Below the pieces are notes generated by a model, which saw only the letters and a program-made list of their open reading frames with translations, searched no databases and was not told where the DNA came from. From a virus (lineage: Duplodnaviria; Caudoviricetes), in the IMG/VR virus record IMGVR_UViG_3300032320_001353, positions 1-52,032 of that record: a DNA stretch of 52,032 nucleotides, one strand, 5' to 3'. Below, piece after piece: positions 18,949 through 28,596 of this stretch. The first letter of the stretch is position 1. Each line of letters opens with the position of its first letter. The position numbers were made by a program, and so were the translations under genes.

Positions 18949-19200
18949 TTAAAAGCTATAAGGCTCTGGTTTATTTATATTTTCTAAGTAAGCGGTCACT
19001 GTTCTAGATGGATGGATGTCCTGTGTTTCATCTACATAAAGCACACCATCTTTAAGCGGATAACCATACACAGTTTCTAGAAAGTTTAAGAAGCTTTCTA
19101 CCACCTTGTGCCAAGTTTGTCCCTCTGATACAGCTATCTGCATACCAACAGAGTTGTCTGTTTGGTAATCGTTTTTAAAATAAAAACTATAATTGTCCAT
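18949..19200 (-). CDS. Hypothetical protein
   Basis: MDNYSFYF start 1 nt after the thyX stop. Confidence 0.6.
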   Translation of the reverse strand: MDNYSFYFKNDYQTDNSVGMQIAVSEGQTWHKVVESFLNFLETVYGYPLKDGVLYVDETQDIHPSRTVTAYLENINKPEPYSF

Positions 19201-19201
19201 G

Positions 19202-19822
19202 TTAGTCTTCAAAGAGTGATGGGAAGAGAGAGGATAACACAACTTTGCATTGCTGTGCAATCTCTCTGTGTTCTTTTTGTGTGGAAACATCACATCGAAT
19301 GTCAACATAATGCAACCAGCTACGCAGGGTGCCATTCATATACATGCGAGACATGGCTAGTCCCTCAGGCAACACCTTCCTAGCCACCTCCTTAGCCACG
19401 CCCTGCTGTAGGGCTAGCTTATAGGCTTCTGTAGACTGTTTCCACACAGCAGTTTGTTGCTCATCCCACCAGCGTTGAAGCTCTCTGTCTTGGGTAGGTA
19501 TGCTGTTCTGCCTGTTCTTGTTGTCTTGCAGCCTAGCCTCACCCTTGTCCCAATTAACCACCTCAGCATAGCGTTGGCTAAACTCTTGGAAGCTAAAGCT
19601 TCTGTGCCTTAAGATTTGCCTAGCAATGTCTCTGGTGGTTTCAATTTCCATGCAGACATTGACCATCTCAAAAGGACTCCAATGGCTGTTCTTGATGAGA
19701 TATTTTAAAAGCTTAGGGGCAGTGGCTGGGTTGTCTTGGTTCTCTGGATTAGACACCCTAGCCATGTAAGCCACTAAATTTTCTGCGTCTGGTGTTACCC
19801 AGATAAGTTTAGAAGTCCCCAT
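19202..19822 (-). CDS. thyX: Flavin-dependent thymidylate synthase
   Basis: HWSPFE and the RHRSFSFQEFSQRY ThyX motif. Confidence 0.95.
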   Translation of the reverse strand: MGTSKLIWVTPDAENLVAYMARVSNPENQDNPATAPKLLKYLIKNSHWSPFEMVNVCMEIETTRDIARQILRHRSFSFQEFSQRYAEVVNWDKGEARLQDNKNRQNSIPTQDRELQRWWDEQQTAVWKQSTEAYKLALQQGVAKEVARKVLPEGLAMSRMYMNGTLRSWLHYVDIRCDVSTQKEHREIAQQCKVVLSSLFPSLFED

Positions 19823-20213
19823 TGCTTTCCTCTACGCTGTCAATATATTGTTCTGCTTCGCTAGGAATCATGTAATAACCCAACAAAACTTTACAGGCTT
19901 CTTTCACTTTGTGGTGAAAAATAATATCGTCTTTGTGCTCAGAGAAAGATTTAAACTGCATCTCAAAGGTGTCTTTAAGACTGTCAATAACTATGTCATT
20001 AATCTGATCATCGTTCATGGGCACTAGCTTGTTGTCTTTCTTATCTTTGTCTAAGTATGCAGGTGTATACAACTTGCCTTCCTCAATTGATTTAGACAAC
20101 ATAGTAACAAAGCCATAGTTGATCAGCACCTGCACCGCATCCTTGTCCATGTCCAAGGTGCAGTCAGCACTACCATCTTCGTTCTCTTTAACAACTTTGA
20201 ACTCAATATTCAT
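19809..20213 (-). CDS. Hypothetical protein
   Basis: 134 aa; ENEDGSA motif; coupled to its neighbours. Confidence 0.65.
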   Translation of the reverse strand: MNIEFKVVKENEDGSADCTLDMDKDAVQVLINYGFVTMLSKSIEEGKLYTPAYLDKDKKDNKLVPMNDDQINDIVIDSLKDTFEMQFKSFSEHKDDIIFHHKVKEACKVLLGYYMIPSEAEQYIDSVEESNGDF

Positions 20214-20620
20214 TTCTTTTTCCTTAAAAGTTTTTCTTCTGCTGTCTTTTCTTTGTGGCAGCTACGGCATAACACCTGCAACTTATCCACCTCACAGAAG
20301 ATACGATCAATGTAGATGTCCCAATTAATAAATCCTTTGGCAGGATCTACCACTGGATTGATGTGGTCAACTTGCACATCAGCAGCTACATACTCTTCAC
20401 TACACATGGCACACTTATAATGCTGTGCCAGCATGCCTGTCTTCTTATTCTTCTTCCTACCAATTAACGCAGCCTTCAACGCAGCATACTTAGGAGGCCA
20501 CCTGCGAGAGGCTGCTCTAAGGGCTGATGTTACAAAGCTACGAAACCTAGCATCTGTCCATTGTCCATCATTTCTTGTCTTGTTCAATGGGGGTGTCCAA
20601 GATGTTGGACATGTCGGCAC
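20210..20620 (-). CDS. HNH-fold endonuclease of the replication module (start uncertain)
   Basis: YKCAMC...VQVDHINP...LQVLCRSCH. Confidence 0.8.
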   Translation of the reverse strand: MPTCPTSWTPPLNKTRNDGQWTDARFRSFVTSALRAASRRWPPKYAALKAALIGRKKNKKTGMLAQHYKCAMCSEEYVAADVQVDHINPVVDPAKGFINWDIYIDRIFCEVDKLQVLCRSCHKEKTAEEKLLRKKK

Positions 20621-20783
20621 TGCTCTGTTCCTGTGAGAACATATCCTGAATAATGTCTAGAGCTTCTTCAAGATCTAGAGCAACAAACTCAGCAGAGATT
20701 TCTAAACCTTTATGGGTTTCCTCATACTGCACAATGAAACCATTAGAGGCTTGTCTGATATTGACAACAAGAGACTCGTTCAT
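20568..20783 (-). CDS. Hypothetical protein
   Basis: 71 aa; IRQASNGFIV. Confidence 0.55.
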   Translation of the reverse strand: MNESLVVNIRQASNGFIVQYEETHKGLEISAEFVALDLEEALDIIQDMFSQEQSSADMSNILDTPIEQDKK

Positions 20784-20950
20784 TCTAGTCCCTCAATATC
20801 AATGTGATTGATGATTAGCTCGTTAACATCAGACAAAGCATCTTTGATTGGCACTTCAACATATTCTCTGATGGTTTCCTCATCAATATATGTTGACAAC
20901 AAATCAAGAGGGTCGATGTATATTGTCATAGACACTTCCACCTTAATCAT
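20780..20950 (-). CDS. Hypothetical acidic protein (56 aa, below ORF-track cutoff)
   Basis: MIKVEVSMTIYID...IEGLE*; ATGA overlaps at both ends. Confidence 0.6.
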   Translation of the reverse strand: MIKVEVSMTIYIDPLDLLSTYIDEETIREYVEVPIKDALSDVNELIINHIDIEGLE

Positions 20951-21210
20951 TCCATCTTCTCCAAGCGTGTGTTTACAAGCTCAGCATACCCAACAATGTC
21001 ATGCCAGCTATCTCTGTAGAAGGGATCACCATTAACAATGCGAGAAAGCTTATTGCATATCATGTCCAAGCTTTCAGCCATGTCTGGGTCTAGCAAATGA
21101 TAGTTTGGCCCACTCCTAATAACTTCTTTCAAGTCTTGAGAGATGGTTGCTACACTCATGTAGGTGCCATACTTCCTTCCACGCTCATCTAGTGTTTCAG
21201 CAATGTTCAT
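20947..21210 (-). CDS. DUF6378-like protein
   Basis: TLDERGRKYG...KLSRIVNGD...DSWHDIVGYA. Confidence 0.7.
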   Translation of the reverse strand: MNIAETLDERGRKYGTYMSVATISQDLKEVIRSGPNYHLLDPDMAESLDMICNKLSRIVNGDPFYRDSWHDIVGYAELVNTRLEKME

Positions 21211-21211
21211 G

Positions 21212-21553
21212 TTAGTGCTTTCCTCCAACTGTGGCTGTGTCTGCTGTCAAAGTGAATTCATCACTAAAGCTATTATGATTTAGATCGAAGTCCACTTCAC
21301 CAACATCCCCATAGAATTTGTTGCAATGCTCCATGATTAGGTGGGCTATGTCAGCATTCTTTTCCATGAATGGAAAGACAGAAGCAAGCAACACACCCAT
21401 AGCAATGAGCTTGTCAATGTCATCCTTGCCCATAGTGACAGGGCCAAAGCCACTCACCAACACTTCGAAGTCGCCATCCCATTCAACACCACTCTGATGG
21501 TTAGGTCGCAGGATGACAGCAATGTCATTAGGTTTTATCTGTGTGTCTTTCAT
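21212..21553 (-). CDS. Hypothetical protein
   Basis: GGAGG SD before MKDTQIK. Confidence 0.65.
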   Translation of the reverse strand: MKDTQIKPNDIAVILRPNHQSGVEWDGDFEVLVSGFGPVTMGKDDIDKLIAMGVLLASVFPFMEKNADIAHLIMEHCNKFYGDVGEVDFDLNHNSFSDEFTLTADTATVGGKH

Positions 21554-22254
21554 ACTACCTCCAATGGTGGTGTCCATGTTTGTCCTTCATAGCGTCTAAG
21601 CCAGAGCAGTCTAGCATTCTCTAGCACACGCTCTTCATCACCCTCATAAGCATCAACACATATCTTATACATGTCTTGCTCAGTAACAGCTTCCTTCATC
21701 ATCTTGTCTGCTGTTATGTTCCCAATGCCACGCAAACCAATGATGTTGTCTGCACTGTCACCAGTGAGTATCTGCTTATAAAAATTGTATAAGCCTTGCT
21801 CTGCTGTGATGTAATAGTTTCTTTTGTTAACAAAGTTGTAGTGCCATCCCTCAATCTGGTCGAGGTCTTTATCTACAGACGCAATGATGCATGTGTCTTT
21901 AAGCTCTGTTGCCTTGATGGCTATGGCATCGTCAGCTTCTTGTCCATCAACAACAACAGCACCCCACTCCTTCACCATATGCCTTCGTAGGGCAGCTAAG
22001 TGTTGGGGTTTGGGTGCTGTGCGATTGCCTTTATACACGGCTGTCTTTGCTACGGCAAGCCTGAAATTATCTTTACCTGTTAGATAGAGTTTCCAAGCAT
22101 CAACAAAGCAACCAGAAAAAGTGTTGTCCACCCCGCACATAAGGATGTCAGCGATATAACTATTAAGAGAGTGCTTAGCAGTTGTTTCGCTTTCTTCCTT
22201 ACATGCGAAAGCAAGTCGATAACCAATAATGTCGGCATCAACTAAGGCTATCAT
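21550..22254 (-). CDS. 5'-3' exonuclease (T7 gp6-like)
   Basis: LVDAD, YKGNR, EADD, DKDL and GDSADN motifs. Confidence 0.9.
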   Translation of the reverse strand: MIALVDADIIGYRLAFACKEESETTAKHSLNSYIADILMCGVDNTFSGCFVDAWKLYLTGKDNFRLAVAKTAVYKGNRTAPKPQHLAALRRHMVKEWGAVVVDGQEADDAIAIKATELKDTCIIASVDKDLDQIEGWHYNFVNKRNYYITAEQGLYNFYKQILTGDSADNIIGLRGIGNITADKMMKEAVTEQDMYKICVDAYEGDEERVLENARLLWLRRYEGQTWTPPLEVV

Positions 22255-22451
22255 TAGTCATTAGGCTGATCAAGGGGCAATGAAAGCTGTGCTTCCTTAG
22301 CTTTGGCTTCTTGCTCAGCAGCCTGCACTTGAGGAGCAGCTTGTTGCTGAATGACAGTGATGTGCTGTGCAGAATATTCAAAGGGAAGTTTTCCCAATCC
22401 TGTCAGAGCAGCATTCACAGTGTCGATATGGAGATCAAGTTTGATTTGCAT
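22254..22451 (-). CDS. Hypothetical protein
   Basis: 65 aa; TAATG/TAATG coupling. Confidence 0.6.
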   Translation of the reverse strand: MQIKLDLHIDTVNAALTGLGKLPFEYSAQHITVIQQQAAPQVQAAEQEAKAKEAQLSLPLDQPND

Positions 22452-22870
22452 TACAGTACATCCTCATCGTTAGAAGACAAGTCACCACCACCTGCGTATT
22501 CCACAAGGTCAGTGATCACAAGTTTAATCAAGGTGGGAGACAAGCCCTTCTTGTTTTTGAATGTCCATTCATAGACACCCACCAAAGCTTTGGCCTTGCT
22601 GCCATTACCCACATCTTCCTGAATCTCATCACCATCCACATCAAATGCTTTGATGGGGCGGTTCTTAGATTTGCAGGTGATATAGCGCCCCATATCAGCC
22701 TTCTTCTCTTTGTCTTCTGACACGCTGATGCCCATCTCTTCCAAGGCAGCAACAGCAGCATCTGACAAGTTACAAAGATTGACTTGGTAAGCATTGCTCA
22801 ACTCATTCATCTTGTTCAATTGTGCCCAATAAATATCACACTTAATTTTCACTTTTGGTTTTTCACTCAT
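22451..22870 (-). CDS. Single-stranded DNA-binding protein (T7 gp2.5-like)
   Basis: VGNGSKA, LVEY and an acidic C-terminal tail; lies between polymerase and exonuclease. Confidence 0.75.
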   Translation of the reverse strand: MSEKPKVKIKCDIYWAQLNKMNELSNAYQVNLCNLSDAAVAALEEMGISVSEDKEKKADMGRYITCKSKNRPIKAFDVDGDEIQEDVGNGSKAKALVGVYEWTFKNKKGLSPTLIKLVITDLVEYAGGGDLSSNDEDVL

Positions 22871-22904
22871 TATCAATTTCCTTTATCAAAACCCACTAGT
22901 ATCG

Positions 22905-24614
22905 TCAGTGGCATTCACGCCAGTTGTTGCCAATCTTTCCCTCAGCATCTACTGGACACCTAAATTGTAGCACCTCACCAGCTTTTGTGGCAGCAGCTTC
23001 AATTATTTCTACAGCTTGTTGTGCATGTGCAACATCCACTTCCCATTGTGTTTCATCGTGGACAAAGGCAACCAGCTTAGCATCTATACCTGCCTCAGCA
23101 ATGCCCTTTGTAGCCTCTACAAGCCACTGTTTTGCAATGATGGCACCTGCGGATTGGAGCAGGGTGTTGAGGGCTGCATGCTCCGATCTAATCCATACAC
23201 GCCTACCATCTAAACCGGGAAGGTTTCCCTTGGTCATAAACTTCCCAATCTTCTTCTTCAAAGAAGCAAGGCCGGGAGTGTTATTGACAAAGCTGTCTAT
23301 CAGCTTTCTACCTCTGGTGCTGTTGCCACCAACAATGGAGCCAGCCTTTGCTGCACCTGCACCATACAACACACCATAGGTGAGGGTCTTTGTTACATTC
23401 CTTGCCTTCTTGTGGTCAACATTGTTGTCATCCTTCACTGTGCCTTTAGCCACCAAGCCAAATGATTGAGCATTGAACCAGTGAATGTCACCCTTCAATA
23501 GCTCCTCAATCCATTCCTTGTCTTGGAGATAGTGGCCTAAGCAACGAAGCTCAATGCCAGAGAGGTCAACACCCACCTGCACCTTACCCTTAGCCACAGT
23601 CCACATCTCTCTGCACTCAGCACCAAAGGGACTACCAACAGCAGGCACCTGTGCCATATTGGGGCCACTGTGTGTGGCTCTGCCTGTCACAGCACCATTG
23701 GTGATTACTCTGCCATGCACTCTGCCATCATCTTGCACAAGCTCAAGCCAGCTACCAATCTGTGCCACTCTCTTTTGCAACATCAGATATTCAGCAACAA
23801 GCTTTGCTTCTGGTAGGTCAATGCTCTCTAGCACCATCTCATCCACAATGAAATGTCCCTTGTCTGTCTTCTTAGAGAAGACAACACCCAAGCCCTGTAG
23901 CCGTTCACATATCTGCTGTCTGCTGCCGGGATTAAAGATGGTGGTCTTGTCCTTGAGCTTCTTGCCTGTCTTCTCAGAGATGCGCTCTTCAACAATGGGA
24001 GGGAACACAGCCTGCATCTTTGTTTCAATGTCAGCCATGCGTCCGCTAAGCTCAGCTTGCAGCATCATTGCTTTGCGTTCATCCAGCATGAAGCCGTTGT
24101 CTTCCATCTGTTTGCAGATGAGAGCCACCTCGTGCTCAAGCTGAATGCTCTGGTCGCTAAAGCCTTCCTTAGCCATAGCTGTAACCAGATGGCTGTAGAG
24201 TTTGTTGGTTAGCTGAACATCTTGCTCACAATATGTAGCCATCTCTTCTGTTAAGCCACCATCGAAGTTGGTGAAACCAATCTTGTGACAGCCAAGCCTG
24301 ATGCCCCAAGCCTCAAGGCTATGTGGGCTAGGTGCCTTCTGTCCTTCAATGAAGACAACATCAATGTCTGGTTTGTATAGTCGAGACATGATTAATGTAT
24401 CGCAGAGGAGGCTGGTATTGATGTCAACACCCCACACCTTCTTCAACACAGGGGCATCAAATTTTATGATGTTGTGCCCACAAACAATGTCACCATCCAG
24501 CACCTGCTTCAAGCTGTCTGGTGATGTGTGACGCTTAACTACACCATCCTTCATCGTCACACAAATCCAGATGGTGTTGTGTGCTGTGTTGGTTTCTATG
24601 TCTAAAAATATCAT
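22905..24614 (-). CDS. polA: DNA polymerase family A (T7-like) with 3'-5' exonuclease
   Basis: LDIET, GHNIIKFD, YCEQD; motif A DLSGIELR; motif B KTLTYGVLYG (Tyr at the E. coli 762-equivalent site); motif C VHDE. Confidence 0.95.
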   Translation of the reverse strand: MIFLDIETNTAHNTIWICVTMKDGVVKRHTSPDSLKQVLDGDIVCGHNIIKFDAPVLKKVWGVDINTSLLCDTLIMSRLYKPDIDVVFIEGQKAPSPHSLEAWGIRLGCHKIGFTNFDGGLTEEMATYCEQDVQLTNKLYSHLVTAMAKEGFSDQSIQLEHEVALICKQMEDNGFMLDERKAMMLQAELSGRMADIETKMQAVFPPIVEERISEKTGKKLKDKTTIFNPGSRQQICERLQGLGVVFSKKTDKGHFIVDEMVLESIDLPEAKLVAEYLMLQKRVAQIGSWLELVQDDGRVHGRVITNGAVTGRATHSGPNMAQVPAVGSPFGAECREMWTVAKGKVQVGVDLSGIELRCLGHYLQDKEWIEELLKGDIHWFNAQSFGLVAKGTVKDDNNVDHKKARNVTKTLTYGVLYGAGAAKAGSIVGGNSTRGRKLIDSFVNNTPGLASLKKKIGKFMTKGNLPGLDGRRVWIRSEHAALNTLLQSAGAIIAKQWLVEATKGIAEAGIDAKLVAFVHDETQWEVDVAHAQQAVEIIEAAATKAGEVLQFRCPVDAEGKIGNNWRECH

Positions 24615-24763
24615 GGCTCATTGTGGTTGTTCAATACTTGAAGCAATAGATTGATACTCTGTATCACCATCATCTGTTCTTGTAATGGAAGTTTGTTGAA
24701 GTCAGGGAGAGATGAGGGCCACTTACCCCTCACTGCTTCCCAATATTTCTCTACATCACTCAT
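24611..24763 (-). CDS. Hypothetical protein (50 aa)
   Basis: MSDVEKYWEAVRGKW...NEP*; ATGA overlap with the polymerase start. Confidence 0.55.
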   Translation of the reverse strand: MSDVEKYWEAVRGKWPSSLPDFNKLPLQEQMMVIQSINLLLQVLNNHNEP

Positions 24764-24968
24764 CTTTTATGGCTCTCTCATAAACAGTATTGAGTGTTTC
24801 AAACCCATTGTCATCTTTCTTAATGACAACAGAGGTGCGAACTGCACCAGTGCCAAGCTTTGGGTGGTTAAATGCATACACACTAGCCACCTCCACCACT
24901 TCTCCCTCTGCTGTTTCTATGGAATAGAAATAGGGATCACCCGCAAAACAAACCACTGGCTTTATCAT
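24756..24968 (-). CDS. Hypothetical protein
   Basis: HPKLG...VRTS...FETLNTVY, a common phage small-protein pattern. Confidence 0.65.
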   Translation of the reverse strand: MIKPVVCFAGDPYFYSIETAEGEVVEVASVYAFNHPKLGTGAVRTSVVIKKDDNGFETLNTVYERAIKDE

Positions 24969-26575
24969 AGCAACTCTCCTTCTTCAACATGATGTTCCAA
25001 CATCCTACCAGTGTGTTTGTTATAAAGCAAGTTGCAAGCTGGGCCTGTTGTTCCAGAGTAACGATTCTTTAACACTCTCACCTTGGTGGTGTTTCTAATT
25101 TCCAAGTCTTCTGCCTGACCATTACGCTCTAAGCCAATCACCATGTCACTTAGCTGTGCAATGGAAGCAGAGCCACGAAGCTGAGCCAATGAAGTGACAG
25201 CCCCTTCCTCATGTCCCTTGTCAGCAGGCCGCTTGAGGTGGCTAACAATAATGAGGGCTATGTTTGTTTCCTGTACTAACATACGAAGCTTGGTCATAAT
25301 TTCATCCAAAGCTTTACGCTCATCCCCATTCTCTTGTGCAGAAATAACAATGGAGATGTGGTCAAGGAAAACATACTTACAGCCTAAGCCCTTAGCCATG
25401 TAGCGTACACGATTGACAATGTTGTCAATGGATGTGCTGCCAAAGTGATCAAACAGAAACAGTCTGCTGGTTCCTAAGGTGGCATCAAAGGCTCTCTTCC
25501 TTTCCTCTTCTCCCACCTGATTGTCTGGTAGGTGCAGAGGTGCATTGGCAGCTAGAGACATGATGGACAAGGCTGTCTTCTTAACGCTTTCTTCAAGGAA
25601 CATCAAGCCAATGTTCTCTTGTGTTTCCTGCACTATGTGCCACACCACTTCTCTCAACACTTGGCTCTTACCCAAGCCACTGCCAGCGGTGATGCAGACA
25701 AGCTCACCATAGCGCATGCCATAGGTTAGTTCATTAAGCCCTGCCCAAGGGTAGAAACAATCGGCTGGTGCCATTGGTTTAGATATTTCATCCCAGAGGG
25801 TAGAGCCTGACACAATGCCATCAGGCACAAACTGCTCAGCCCTCCACCACCTGTCAACAAAGGCAGCTTCCTTGCTGTCGCTCAACCAATCACAAGCATC
25901 CTTGTAGTCGGTGGTGCCTTTAAATATTTTACATTTGCTGCCAAACAATTCAGCCACTTCCTTAGAAGCTTTCATGCCATGCTCATCACCATCAAAGCAA
26001 ACAACAATGTTTTCAAAGCTGTTGATATATTCGTATTGTTCTTTGCAATCTTTCAGAGCAGAGCCAGCACCATTGCGAATGGAGACAACAGGATATTTAG
26101 AGCCTGTCATTTGGAAAGCAGCCAGTGCATCAAACTCACCCTCAACAATGGTGAGGTATTTGCCACCACTGGAAAACATGTGTTGTCCAAACAAGGTGCC
26201 TGTCTTCCAAGCACCCTCAGTGGAGAATGTTTTCTCCTTCACACCTCTCACCTTGGCAGCTACAAGCATGCCATCTTTGTTGTGGTAGGGGAAGTAGTAG
26301 CTGTTGTCTGTCTTCACCACTCCATACTTTTCCATCGAAGCTTTGGTGATGCGTCTGTCAGAGACAGAAACAGCATAGCCTTCGCTGTAGTTTTTCAGGA
26401 AAGAAGAAGAGGGGGTTTCATTGGTGGTGTCAATCACTGTGTGGTGTTCCTTAACAAGGGTGGAGGGAGTGTATGTATGGCATACAAAACACTTGGTGGA
26501 CATGTCATCGTTGATGGCTAAGGCATCACTGCTACCACAAGAAGGACATGGTTGGTGGGTTTTAATGAAAGGCAT
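24965..26575 (-). CDS. DNA primase-helicase (T7 gp4-like)
   Basis: CPSC/CFVC Zn ribbon, TOPRIM EGEFDA and DGD, Walker A GSGLGKS, LDHI, LRGS and KNR. Confidence 0.95.
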   Translation of the reverse strand: MPFIKTHQPCPSCGSSDALAINDDMSTKCFVCHTYTPSTLVKEHHTVIDTTNETPSSSFLKNYSEGYAVSVSDRRITKASMEKYGVVKTDNSYYFPYHNKDGMLVAAKVRGVKEKTFSTEGAWKTGTLFGQHMFSSGGKYLTIVEGEFDALAAFQMTGSKYPVVSIRNGAGSALKDCKEQYEYINSFENIVVCFDGDEHGMKASKEVAELFGSKCKIFKGTTDYKDACDWLSDSKEAAFVDRWWRAEQFVPDGIVSGSTLWDEISKPMAPADCFYPWAGLNELTYGMRYGELVCITAGSGLGKSQVLREVVWHIVQETQENIGLMFLEESVKKTALSIMSLAANAPLHLPDNQVGEEERKRAFDATLGTSRLFLFDHFGSTSIDNIVNRVRYMAKGLGCKYVFLDHISIVISAQENGDERKALDEIMTKLRMLVQETNIALIIVSHLKRPADKGHEEGAVTSLAQLRGSASIAQLSDMVIGLERNGQAEDLEIRNTTKVRVLKNRYSGTTGPACNLLYNKHTGRMLEHHVEEGELL

Positions 26576-26649
26576 TGTGCTTACTGTTTAATGAGTATAT
26601 CAAAAACAAAGTAAGCAATCCCTAAATTAACAAAGAACATTGTGATCAT

Positions 26650-27075
26650 TTCATTCCTTAACCTATAGGTTATTCATTTAAAGAGTAAATGAAACCTATA
26701 AGTATATATAAAGTATTAACAGGAGGGAGTTCATGGTAAAGCTTTTCCTAACCACTGTCAAGACAGTAGTGCAGCATTACCACAAACCCCTGTTCATGGG
26801 CAACAACATAGGAACACTGTTGTTACATCATCCAGACTATTAGACTGTTGTTCCAGCCCCCGTCACTCGCTCTAGAATTATGCTCCACGATGGCACCTCT
26901 GTGACCAACCCCAAGTAGATGCCTTGCTCAGTCTTTTGCCCTTGGTGCTACTCCCGACAAAAAACTAAAGCCCTTACTGCTGCTCACTGATACCGCCATA
27001 TCAGATAGTAGAGCATGAGTAAAGGCTTTCATCAGACTGTTGCATGGCGGTGCTTCAATCTGCTGGTAGTTTTAC
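26650..27075 (-). ncRNA. Candidate long structured non-coding RNA / regulatory leader upstream of primase
   Basis: No ORF of 60 aa or more. Long hairpins at 26967-27029 and 26718-26794, and others. Confidence 0.5.
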
Positions 27076-27079
27076 ATAC

Positions 27080-27307
27080 CTATAGGGGTGTTGTCAAGTG
27101 TGGTGTGCTTTTTATCAAGTCTTCGTATGCTTGAAACAACATAGTCATTCTTGAATTGTGCAAAGCAGACACACCAATCAACAAATTTGATAGCTCATCC
27201 TCATCGATTGGTTCTTTTCTGTCCAGCACTGTCCAAAGAATTAGATCAATATCTTCTTTAGTTATCCATGCTGCCATGATGAGATCTTCAAGCTGGTTTA
27301 GTTTCAT
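27080..27307 (-). CDS. Hypothetical protein
   Basis: GAGG SD; LEDLIMAAW...DELSNLLIG. Confidence 0.65.
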   Translation of the reverse strand: MKLNQLEDLIMAAWITKEDIDLILWTVLDRKEPIDEDELSNLLIGVSALHNSRMTMLFQAYEDLIKSTPHLTTPL

Positions 27308-27540
27308 CTTTTTCCTCTATGTGTTTGTTGGCTTGTGCCAACGATTGAAAGTATACATCACACACTGTGCATCTCCACACAGTGCCTTCCTTCACCCTTG
27401 TCCTATCATCTAAGACACCGGGAGGTCTGGTTGTCCATGTTCGGACAAGCTCTATCACCTAAAGACAACCCTGAATGTGCCACAGGTGACACATTTAAAC
27501 AAGCCTTGTCGTTCCTCTTTGTAAGTGTGGGCACACTTGT

Positions 27541-27789
27541 TCATGTCTTTTCCTCCTGATAAAGTTCTCTGACAAATCTGCTGGCAACAAGATAGAAGTT
27601 GTGTGCTCTGGTGGTATCTTTCACTTCCTTGTGCTTAAACTCAAGATGCTCAGCAGCGCACCTAACACCCGCTTCAAAGCCCCTTAGGAACCACTGGTGC
27701 CTCTGCTCAGCCTGTTGCAAGCCTTCTTCTGTGACAGGTATCTGGAACGATTCAGCCCTACGCCATGCGTTGTATGCTCTGGTGTTCAC
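27541..27789 (-). CDS. Hypothetical protein
   Basis: 82 aa; coupled overlap. Confidence 0.55.
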   Translation of the reverse strand: MNTRAYNAWRRAESFQIPVTEEGLQQAEQRHQWFLRGFEAGVRCAAEHLEFKHKEVKDTTRAHNFYLVASRFVRELYQEEKT

Positions 27790-28076
27790 TCGTTGTTCTC
27801 CAGTTGTTTCAAATCATTTTTCAATCGTTTGAGAAAAGAATCTGGCCCATCATCACCACTGACAAGCCAATCGATACGCTGTGCATACACTTGTGCTTGT
27901 CGTAATATTTTTAAGCCTTGCTTAAGCTCATCAATTATTTCTGGTGTGAAGTGATAGCCTTTTATATCTCCATATTCATCTTCCTCAGTGGAGTCGTTGT
28001 CAATAATGATTTGCTCCACTTCATCGGCTATGTGTCCAATGTCATTTTGTTTGTAGTTGAAGTGTCCACCGCTCAT
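27786..28076 (-). CDS. Hypothetical phage protein
   Basis: MSGGHFNY...RIDWLVSGDDG. Confidence 0.7.
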   Translation of the reverse strand: MSGGHFNYKQNDIGHIADEVEQIIIDNDSTEEDEYGDIKGYHFTPEIIDELKQGLKILRQAQVYAQRIDWLVSGDDGPDSFLKRLKNDLKQLENNE

Positions 28077-28453
28077 GTGTCTTCCTTTATGCCGTGGGCG
28101 GCTTCGATGGCTCTATATTCATCCATGCTAATGTCAATCAGCTTTTTGCAAAGTTGATCTGTGGTTGCAAGTGGTCGAATTGCTTTCCAAATTTGCTCCT
28201 CAGTTAACGGCTTGCGCTTTGCCAGCAAGTGCATCACCTTACCATTCAATGTTTCAATTGTGTCTTGGCAGTGGAAGCATTGAAGGCTTTGGATTGGCTC
28301 TGGCTGTGCTAATCGTTCTTTGAGTGCGGCGATGGCTGGAAACAAACACTTTTTTGCGCCATCATGTGCCTGCCCTCCCTTGCTGAAATCACCGCTGCCT
28401 GTTGTCCAAATTAGCGCATCAAGCGCCAGCTTAAATAATTCTTTGTCAATCAT
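28073..28453 (-). CDS. Mosaic hypothetical protein
   Basis: ALKERLAQP, KPLTEEQI and AIEAAHGI modules. Confidence 0.65.
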   Translation of the reverse strand: MIDKELFKLALDALIWTTGSGDFSKGGQAHDGAKKCLFPAIAALKERLAQPEPIQSLQCFHCQDTIETLNGKVMHLLAKRKPLTEEQIWKAIRPLATTDQLCKKLIDISMDEYRAIEAAHGIKEDT

Positions 28454-28596
28454 TTCAACACCTCTCTCTCCAACACTTCCATTGCCTCATTAATCAAGTC
28501 ATACAGGTAGTCAGGCATCCTGTGCTTGTCTGCAAAGCTCCAGCTTTCAATTGCTGATAGCAACTTGATGAGGGCTAATGCTTCTTCTTTAGTCAT
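28450..28596 (-). CDS. Hypothetical protein (48 aa)
   Basis: MTKEEALALIKLLSAIESW; ATGA overlaps at both ends. Confidence 0.6.
   Translation of the reverse strand: MTKEEALALIKLLSAIESWSFADKHRMPDYLYDLINEAMEVLEREVLK

Noticed and set aside
16426-24614. Introns or inteins in nrdJ or polA
   Set aside because: Both are continuous and compact with all motifs in order; the HNH lies outside the RNR catalytic region.
24611-24763. Frameshifted pseudogene upstream of polA
   Set aside because: Recounting the G-run (AGG GGT AAG TGG) shows an intact 50-aa ORF.
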